This document shows positions 1 through 6,337 of a DNA stretch of 64,000 nucleotides, piece by piece. The notes beneath the pieces are model-generated. The model ran no database searches and was not told the DNA's origin. It saw only the letters and a program-made list of their open reading frames with translations. This DNA is from a virus, in IMG/VR virus record IMGVR_UViG_3300021490_000002, positions 1 to 64,000 of that record; one strand, written 5' to 3'. Within the stretch, counting starts at the first letter, position 1. The number at the start of each line of letters is the position of its first letter. The position numbers and the translations under genes were made by a program.

Positions 1-587
1 CTTACGTAAGACATAGCAAACTTTTGGGAAAAAGGTAAAACTACAAAGATACCTTTTTCCCAATGAGTCCCACCATTGCTGGTGTTTTTCCAGCAATGGT
101 GGAATATAGTATGGTCAAAACTGTCAACTGACAGTTTTGACCAGCTCCCTACCATTGTTTCTTTCTCTTTATATAATCCGATAAATACCTTTGCTTGTTT
201 CTCCTCTTTTAATGGAATCCTTTGTTTTTCAATTACTATTTGATTGACACAGTCAATCAAATAGTAATCCCTAGACAATATTTTTGGTGGACGGACACAC
301 AAGCTGTTTTGGAAGGTTATAAGTAAGGGATAGTCTAAACTATCAAGGGATATATCCCTTGATAGTTTAATTTGCGGATTGTTCTTGTGACTATAAGCAC
401 ACTCCACGTCAAAATAAATCCAGTTATCCGTTTCCTTGAGTTTCCTTAAGGAAACGGATAACTTTAATTCAACAATGTTAAAAAATCTTTTCCTGTATCC
501 CTTGAAACCAATAAGTTTTTTGGCTTCAAGAGGATGTTCTCTTAAAAATTTCCTTGCTTCACTGAAAGAATTAAATTTGTTTTGCAT
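1..587 (-). CDS. Hypothetical protein, partial (runs off left edge); missing from the ORF track
   Basis: Manual translation from ATG at 587 (MQNKFNSFSEARKFLREHPLEAKK...KFAMSYV) is open for 195 codons to the window edge; G-rich SD (AAGGGGGG) upstream. Confidence 0.8.
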   Translation of the reverse strand, partial: MQNKFNSFSEARKFLREHPLEAKKLIGFKGYRKRFFNIVELKLSVSLRKLKETDNWIYFDVECAYSHKNNPQIKLSRDISLDSLDYPLLITFQNSLCVRPPKILSRDYYLIDCVNQIVIEKQRIPLKEEKQAKVFIGLYKEKETMVGSWSKLSVDSFDHTIFHHCWKNTSNGGTHWEKGIFVVLPFSQKFAMSYV

Positions 588-600
588 AATAAACCCCCCT

Positions 601-613
601 TAAGTTATTGATT
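601..613. promoter_or_regulatory. IHF-consensus site
   Basis: TAAGTTATTGATT matches YAANNNNTTGATW exactly and is intergenic; could be chance in AT-rich DNA. Confidence 0.35.
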
Positions 614-1213
614 TTATTGACAAATTTCCTTTTGTCCATACATTGTGTTATTGTCCAATGTATGGACAAATTTTATCTCATACCTTTTCAAATAATCTTT
701 AATTTTCCTTTTCAAGGATTTGTACAAGTAAGCGTCAGGGTACTCTATCCCGTCCAGGGATAGCGTATAAGCAAAATTCAAGAGATAATCTTTCAAATGT
801 TCCCTTTCTATCCCGCTTAAGAGATAGGGAACATTTGAAATGATTTTATTTACATAACCATAAACCGATATGGGATTGTCCAAATAATCCCATATCGGTT
901 TAAATTTTTTATTCTTTTTTGTCTTGACAGTTTCAGAGTAGTCTGGATTGTCCATGTACTTTTGGAACAGTCTATGTGCTGTTCCATGTGGACAATCCAA
1001 TATTTCGCCTATCTGACGATAGGTGAAATTAAAGGATTTTCTCAAGACATATACATGCCTTGAGAAAATTCTTCTTTCGTCAAAATTCATTTCATAAATT
1101 TTAGTGATAGTCTTAATCCTTAGTTCGGGATTAAGACTATCACTAAAATTTTTCTCCAGGTTTTTTAACCTGGAGAAAAGATATTTTTTTGTATAGCAAT
1201 TAAGATTTAACAT
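614..1213 (-). CDS. HTH transcription factor, sigma-factor-like (sigma4-like HTH followed by sigma2-like segment)
   Basis: ERRIF...FTYRQIGEILDCPHGTAHRLF (region-4 HTH-like); EYPDAYLYKSLKRKIKDYLKR (ECF region 2.3-2.4-like). Confidence 0.55.
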   Translation of the reverse strand: MLNLNCYTKKYLFSRLKNLEKNFSDSLNPELRIKTITKIYEMNFDERRIFSRHVYVLRKSFNFTYRQIGEILDCPHGTAHRLFQKYMDNPDYSETVKTKKNKKFKPIWDYLDNPISVYGYVNKIISNVPYLLSGIEREHLKDYLLNFAYTLSLDGIEYPDAYLYKSLKRKIKDYLKRYEIKFVHTLDNNTMYGQKEICQ

Positions 1214-1277
1214 CTTTCTTTCTCCAAATTTTTAAAGGTTAAACGAAAAAAAAAGGCAATACAATTTTAAGATAAAC

Positions 1278-1373
1278 TTAAAATTGTATTGCCCACAGAT
1301 AACCAACATAGCAACTAGCGATTATACTAGTTGCTACAAATACAAAATTTTTAACATAGTTTAAAATTTTCAT
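1278..1373 (-). CDS. 31-aa single-transmembrane peptide
   Basis: GAGGT SD 7 nt before ATG; MKILNYVKNFVFVATSIIASCYVGYLWAIQF; ends in a 17-bp hairpin followed by a T-tract. Confidence 0.5.
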   Translation of the reverse strand: MKILNYVKNFVFVATSIIASCYVGYLWAIQF

Positions 1374-1431
1374 TTTCCATACCTCTTTTTTTTCTTTTTT
1401 CCTTGACATTACCAACAATCACTTATCTATA

Positions 1432-1447
1432 TGCTATACCCATGCCA
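1432..1447 (-). promoter_or_regulatory. sigma54-like -24/-12 promoter (proximal)
   Basis: Minus strand TGGCAT-GGGTA-TAGCA(TAT), GG-N10-GC spacing, about 60 nt upstream of the first leftward ORF. Confidence 0.6.
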
Positions 1448-1638
1448 AATGTATGATATACACATAATTTATATAAAATTTTTATAAATATGCGGAATCA
1501 CTGGAAAAATTTTAAAATTGCCAAAATATAGACACCAATTTTTTTGATTTTACATTGACATTTATTTTTATATTGACAAAATTTGAAATAGCGATTTTAC
1601 AAAATTTCATAAATGTATAAATTTTTTGAAAAATATTG

Positions 1639-1698
1639 TTGACAAAAATTGTCAAAAAATTACAAAAATTGTCAGCGTAATTACAAAAAAATTGTCAA
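1639..1698. promoter_or_regulatory. Three repeats of ACAAAAA(AA)TTGTCA; candidate activator (UAS) sites
   Basis: TTGACAAAAATTGTCAA (palindromic, 1639-1655), TTACAAAAATTGTCA (1660-1674), TTACAAAAAAATTGTCAA (1681-1698). Confidence 0.45.
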
Positions 1699-1727
1699 TA
1701 TAAAATAGTCAAAAAAGCGACATTATA

Positions 1728-1824
1728 TTCAAAAACCATGCCAAAATTATATATGCAATGTGTGTGCCATGTGTATGATATATGCAAGAGATGTGCCAAT
1801 GGTGCATATGCAAGGGGTGTGCCA
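1728..1824 (-). promoter_or_regulatory. Tandem sigma54 -24/-12 promoter array
   Basis: TGGCAC-ACCCC-TTGCA (1809-1824), TGGCAC-ATCTC-TTGCA (1783-1798), TGGCAC-ACACA-TTGCA (1754-1769), degenerate TGGCAT-GGTTT-TTGAA (1728-1743). Confidence 0.8.
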
Positions 1825-1851
1825 AGACGGGGGCGGGTGGCGCACTAGGCC

Positions 1852-1964
1852 TCTCTCACATATATAGTAAAATTTTACTATAAAGATTCTTATTAAATTT
1901 TTACCGTAAGAGTTTTTATAAGAGTTTTAGTAAGAATCCTTCTCTCACATATATAGTAAAATTT
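1852..1964. repeat. 24-bp direct repeat; first copy overlaps a 20-bp palindrome
   Basis: TCTCTCACATATATAGTAAAATTT at 1852-1875 and 1941-1964; TATAGTAAAATTTTACTATA at 1863-1882. Confidence 0.85.
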
Positions 1965-2249
1965 CATAATGGAAGCTTTGTAGAGACCCACTTCTATACG
2001 CATTAAGTCCGATGGAGCATTCTCCCCTCCAGATGTATGAGGAGTGTGTTAGAATAATTCCGTGTAATCCTGTGTAATCCTGAATTTTCGGGAATTTTGT
2101 ATTTTAAATGATTTCAGTGGGTTAAATGGTAGAATGGGTGTTCTTACAGCGAGGATATGGAGTGAAGTTGGTGTTGTAATGTGTTGAAATTATTGTTTAA
2201 AAAATGAAATTTTGAGGAATTTGAAGGAATATTGAGATTTGTGGAGATT

Positions 2250-2271
2250 GAGGGAGGATTGTTCCTCCCTC
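2250..2271 (-). terminator. GC-rich stem-loop downstream of SNase gene
   Basis: GAGGGAGGA-TTGT-TCCTCCCTC; no clear U-tract. Confidence 0.4.
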
Positions 2272-2282
2272 CAGAGGTTGGT

Positions 2283-2741
2283 TTATTTGTGTGTGCAGTT
2301 TAGGTTGACTATGTTTTCGTGGTAATTTTTCATTATATTGTTGACGTTTAACCACTTGTTTTTTGTTGGGAGGAGTATTGTTCCCGTCAGTCTTCCATAA
2401 AAACCATATCTCCTATCGTGTAGCTGGAGGAGAACTGGGGTGGGAGGATGGAGTAAGGTTTCTAAGTATTCCTTCTCCCCAGTTCCCATTAAAATGACTT
2501 TGTCTATGGATACTCCACATGAGGATGCCTGCCTCTTTCCCTTCCTCCCAGACCTAACCTCAAACGTGTCTATGCCAGATAACCTGACTACACGATTACC
2601 TCTGAATGTGCAATTACACTCAACAGTATCACCATCTATTACCCTGACTAAAATACAATAATCATAAGAAGGTAAAAACGACGAAGAAAACCCAGAGAAA
2701 ATAAAAATTGATGAGATTAATAATAAAAGGTATTTTTTCAT
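2283..2741 (-). CDS. Thermonuclease (SNase-like) with signal peptide
   Basis: VRVIDGDT, VRLSGIDTFE and YGRL motifs; hydrophobic N-terminus. Confidence 0.85.
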   Translation of the reverse strand: MKKYLLLLISSIFIFSGFSSSFLPSYDYCILVRVIDGDTVECNCTFRGNRVVRLSGIDTFEVRSGRKGKRQASSCGVSIDKVILMGTGEKEYLETLLHPPTPVLLQLHDRRYGFYGRLTGTILLPTKNKWLNVNNIMKNYHENIVNLNCTHK

Positions 2742-2781
2742 TTTTGACTTGACCTCCTGTTTTTATAATTTTCCTTGACAA

Positions 2782-3288
2782 TTAGTCCCAGTAGTTTGAT
2801 AAGAGTATAAGCTTTACTTTGACGTTTTTCTTCTTCCCCAGAGTTTTTGCAATGAGAGGGCTGGAGACGAGGATATCTACTGTTCGTGTGTACCTCTTGT
2901 CCATTAAATCAACTACCTTCTTGACACCATAACCCTCTATGTAAATGTACTTCCCTAATAAATGCATTAAATCACGACTGACCGCAACATCCCTCCCAAC
3001 TACAACACGCTTGTTAAGAGCATTTTTGAAAGGAGTGGCGTCACACTCAGACTCCCTGGGAGTGTAAAAAGTGACAGTTACCTCGTAAGACGTTACACTC
3101 CTTAACCTCTCCTTCAACTCCCTTATCCCTCCCTCCAGAAAAGATACCCTGCTCTTTAAACGAATGTTCTCCACAATTAACCTGTCCACCCCTACATCGA
3201 AAATCCTATCATAACATAAAAAACTACATAAAACTAAACTAACTATTAATAGCAATACTACTAACACCTCCTTAACCCTAAAAAACAC
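2782..3288 (-). CDS. Membrane-anchored 3D-domain (peptidoglycan-acting) protein
   Basis: N-terminal TM plus coiled coil; VTVTFYTP...VAVSRDL...IYIEGYG...VVD...VDI. Confidence 0.75.
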   Translation of the reverse strand: MFFRVKEVLVVLLLIVSLVLCSFLCYDRIFDVGVDRLIVENIRLKSRVSFLEGGIRELKERLRSVTSYEVTVTFYTPRESECDATPFKNALNKRVVVGRDVAVSRDLMHLLGKYIYIEGYGVKKVVDLMDKRYTRTVDILVSSPLIAKTLGKKKNVKVKLILLSNYWD

Positions 3289-3312
3289 CCCTCATACCTC
3301 CTCTTTTTACAT

Positions 3313-3636
3313 TTATTTGTTGACCTTTTCTAAACAGAAGTACGGGAATGTGAATGACCTAGTGTCCTCGTCGTGTAATTCTACCAAAAACCCATAACCA
3401 CCATAGTCATCCTTAATCCTCCCTACCTTCCCAATAAACTTATCCATCTCCTTTACCCAGACATCCTCCCAACCACCTTCCTTGCTCTCTGCCTTCCTCA
3501 CAATCCTCACCTCATCCCCTATAGATAACCCCGAAGCCTTGTGATTTTCTACATATTCCTTGACACTTTCCTCCCTCAATACCTCCCTCTCTAACCTTGC
3601 CCTCAAAGTCCCTCTCCATAATTTCTCCTTCCACAT
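3313..3636 (-). CDS. Hypothetical protein (SH3/KOW-like beta segment)
   Basis: GGAGG SD; IGDEVRIVRK...FIGKVGRI. Confidence 0.6.
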   Translation of the reverse strand: MWKEKLWRGTLRARLEREVLREESVKEYVENHKASGLSIGDEVRIVRKAESKEGGWEDVWVKEMDKFIGKVGRIKDDYGGYGFLVELHDEDTRSFTFPYFCLEKVNK

Positions 3637-3637
3637 A

Positions 3638-4171
3638 CTACACCTCCTTTTTGTTGTTAACCCTTGACATTAATATATCATAAAAAACAAATTCATTAAA
3701 ATAGTCTGCACTGTAAATTGAATATAAATAACCATAATGCGCAGGGACTCCCGTCTTTCCATCTAATAACAAAGCACCCCACACCCTCCTCCTCTCTTCC
3801 CAGTCAGCAGCAGAAATGGTGTCTGGCCTGTCCGTGTTATCCCAATAAGAAAAATCCTCATACTTGACGTTCTTTAACCCAAATGGCGGTAACTCAAAAT
3901 TATCATAAAATAACATGCCATAAATTTTACCCTCAAATGGGAAAATAGCTACATCTAACTCGTAAAACTTCACAAACTCCTTCTTTCGCTTCTCTACCTC
4001 ATCCAAAAAATCCGTTACAGTACCTATCCCAATACCTTTCCTCACATAAAAATCCGCTAACCTGTCATACACCTTCCTCGTCCACCTCTCCCTCTCCTTA
4101 ACCAAATTCCCTAACAATACCTCCATATTACTATCAATAAACCTAACCCCCGTGTAAATCTTTACACTCAT
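3638..4171 (-). CDS. Hypothetical phage protein
   Basis: GGAGG SD favours the ATG at 4171 (MSVKIY) over 4213. Confidence 0.65.
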   Translation of the reverse strand: MSVKIYTGVRFIDSNMEVLLGNLVKERERWTRKVYDRLADFYVRKGIGIGTVTDFLDEVEKRKKEFVKFYELDVAIFPFEGKIYGMLFYDNFELPPFGLKNVKYEDFSYWDNTDRPDTISAADWEERRRVWGALLLDGKTGVPAHYGYLYSIYSADYFNEFVFYDILMSRVNNKKEV

Positions 4172-4221
4172 ACTACACCTCCATCCGTTAAAATATAATA
4201 GTATCCTTGCCATCTATGTGG

Positions 4222-4255
4222 AATATACACATGATGTGTCTATTTGTCAAATAGA
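4222..4255 (-). promoter_or_regulatory. sigma70 promoter with palindrome over the -35 box
   Basis: TTGACA-17 nt-TATATT with extended -10 TG; TCTATTTG-T-CAAATAGA at 4239-4255. Confidence 0.7.
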
Positions 4256-4267
4256 AATTTTTACTTT

Positions 4268-4759
4268 TTACTCTTGTGGTGGGTTGTTGAGGAGTGAGAC
4301 TACGTATTCAAGTTCTACGTGCTCTGTTTCTTCTACTACACCCCAGTCCCATATTATTTCGTCTAGGGCCTCTTCTGTTTCTGCGTTTCTGATTTCATTC
4401 TTTGTCTGGTAGTAGTATGCCATAACGCTGCTAATCCAGTCCCACACTTTTTGAATTTCATTAATGACATCTGTATTCCCAGAATCTTTAGCAATCTGGT
4501 AGAGGGATAGGAAGCTGGCTTGTGTTCCCTGATTGTAGTGTGAGCATATAAAGTCCTCAAATTCTTTTTTGAGTTTTGCTAATTTATATTCTTTCAATTC
4601 ATCTAGTGTGTACCCTGGAAGGGGTGTGTTTCCTTCCGAAATCCAGTCCATGATTTCATTGTAATGTCTGTTTCCAGGGTCCAGAGGAACAAACATTCCG
4701 TCTAATAAATATCCTTTAAGTTCTTTTGTCTCCATGTCTCTTACTTCTTTTACTTCCAT
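4268..4759 (-). CDS. Tail fibre assembly/chaperone-like protein (DUF4376-like C-terminus)
   Basis: VPLDPGNRHY...WISEGNTP; C-terminal half paralogous to 34438..35004. Confidence 0.65.
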   Translation of the reverse strand: MEVKEVRDMETKELKGYLLDGMFVPLDPGNRHYNEIMDWISEGNTPLPGYTLDELKEYKLAKLKKEFEDFICSHYNQGTQASFLSLYQIAKDSGNTDVINEIQKVWDWISSVMAYYYQTKNEIRNAETEEALDEIIWDWGVVEETEHVELEYVVSLLNNPPQE

Positions 4760-4774
4760 GATTTAACCTCCTCT

Positions 4775-6319
4775 TTATAGTTCAGCATCAAATCTATATG
4801 GACTTGATAAGATTGTAGGTATGGTTCTCATTGGAATAATCCTGTCATTATAGGAATACGTTCCATCATCCGAATACCTGTAATACCTCAAGCACCTTAT
4901 CCTTTGCATATCTGGAGGGATGTATTCATATGCAGTTGCAACATCCCCTTCTTCTAGTTGAACATAATTTACCTTTATCCAATCTCCTACATCTTCCAAG
5001 CAATTCTCTCCGATTACTACCCTAAATGCCTCTTTCTCATAAAAGTGTATCTTATCAATATCAATATCTATTAAATCAAACGTAACTGAGAGCGTCTGAT
5101 ACTCTCCGTTTCCAGTGTACGCAAGCGTCCGAGTCCTATAAACCGTGTCATCTGAATATTTTAAAGAAACCTCAATATTTCTTGGCTTGTTTGAGGCTAG
5201 CTTAAACGAAATCGTGACTGGGCTCTTTTTAATTAAAATGTCCGAAACCATATTCCCTTCTATCCTCTGCTCTAAAGGAATGACTCTGTTGGATGTTCCC
5301 TTCTCCAGTAGAGTTATCTTACATGATTGTTTTTCAACTATTGACTTTCCTGTCTCTTGGACCAGAGATTGGATTTCAAATGGCTGGAGGACTTTGTTGA
5401 AAATTCTTACCTGGTCTATCTTATAGTTTTTGCTGGTCCACTGGTTTCCTATATAAACCCAACCGTCATTATGGTAGAGGTAATTGCTTTCAGTCGCCTC
5501 TACTTCATTATCAAAAGTTCCATCAATGTATAATTTTAGATGGGTTCGGTCTATGGTAACCGTTATATTGTGCCATTGTCTATAATTTAACAGTGTGTTG
5601 GCATATAAGAATTTTAACTTGTCTCTATACCAAGTATTGGCAATATAACGAAATCCGTTTTCAACTACTACTTGCCGATTGTCGGTGCTTACTAACCATA
5701 TACCAGGTTGCCTAGAATTATCCTGCGTAGTCTTCCACTGGTTGGTGTAACGATATGTTGTATCTTTTCCGTCAGGTGTTAGATGAAAGATATTTTGTCC
5801 AGCTCCTATATGTCCATACACATAAATCCATAAAGAGACTGTAAATTCGTTTGTCCCCCCTCTCTGAACCTTGTTTTCCGTTCTGAGCCAGCTACCCGTT
5901 CCTTTGTTGTAGTAATCTATACATCCGCCGAATTTTCCCATTCCCCAAACAATATTATTTTCTATGCAGTTATAGTTTCCCCCTAGGTCCTGTCCGTTTC
6001 CATCCAAAGGCCAGCAGGCAAGACAACTTCCATCTCCTAGAATATCCAGCACATCAACTGTAGCGCCCGCTTCTCCTGCAATCTCTATGTAGTTTAGACA
6101 TTCAATTTTGTTATCGTCAAAAGCTCCGCTCAGCCATCTATCAAAGGTATATTGTTTATTATTCTGAATAATAAATTTTTGTCCTCTTTGCATGACAGTA
6201 AAGTCACCATTAATTATCCTGTTCTTGTATCCAGAAATTGTAATTCTTTCTGTTCCAGGAATTATTGTTTCTAGGTCTCTTATTACTGTCTCTGTTATTG
6301 GGTCGTATATGTAACTCAT
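4775..6319 (-). CDS. Tail fibre/adhesin with LamG (concanavalin A-like) domain
   Basis: KNRIINGDF..QRG; FTVSLWI...WHNITVT...LYIDG...IDQVRIFNKVL; VQLEEGDVAT...RYY...DAEL. Confidence 0.8.
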   Translation of the reverse strand: MSYIYDPITETVIRDLETIIPGTERITISGYKNRIINGDFTVMQRGQKFIIQNNKQYTFDRWLSGAFDDNKIECLNYIEIAGEAGATVDVLDILGDGSCLACWPLDGNGQDLGGNYNCIENNIVWGMGKFGGCIDYYNKGTGSWLRTENKVQRGGTNEFTVSLWIYVYGHIGAGQNIFHLTPDGKDTTYRYTNQWKTTQDNSRQPGIWLVSTDNRQVVVENGFRYIANTWYRDKLKFLYANTLLNYRQWHNITVTIDRTHLKLYIDGTFDNEVEATESNYLYHNDGWVYIGNQWTSKNYKIDQVRIFNKVLQPFEIQSLVQETGKSIVEKQSCKITLLEKGTSNRVIPLEQRIEGNMVSDILIKKSPVTISFKLASNKPRNIEVSLKYSDDTVYRTRTLAYTGNGEYQTLSVTFDLIDIDIDKIHFYEKEAFRVVIGENCLEDVGDWIKVNYVQLEEGDVATAYEYIPPDMQRIRCLRYYRYSDDGTYSYNDRIIPMRTIPTILSSPYRFDAEL

Positions 6320-6337
6320 CTTAAGGAACTCCTTTGA

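Larger units (their letters stand above)
24..1336. repeat. Cluster of about 15 unrelated perfect inverted repeats (hairpin/cruciform-forming)
   Basis: Stems read directly: 24-63 (14 bp), 70-102 (13), 112-143 (15), 232-268 (17), 336-369 (34-bp palindrome), 422-463 (16), 631-670 (15), 791-840 (15), 861-902 (17), 944-999 (11 plus nested 8), 1036-1069 (11), 1096-1151 (24), 1150-1179 (13), 1255-1293 (17), 1309-1336 (10). Confidence 0.95.

Noticed and set aside
24-1336. CRISPR array, REP/MITE family or integron attC array as explanation for the hairpins
   Set aside because: The stems share no sequence, have no regular period and lie inside intact ORFs; no cas or integrase gene is in view.
1380-2280. 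tRNA or structured ncRNA gene in the long intergenic region
   Set aside because: No cloverleaf or TPsiC motif and little GC pairing potential.
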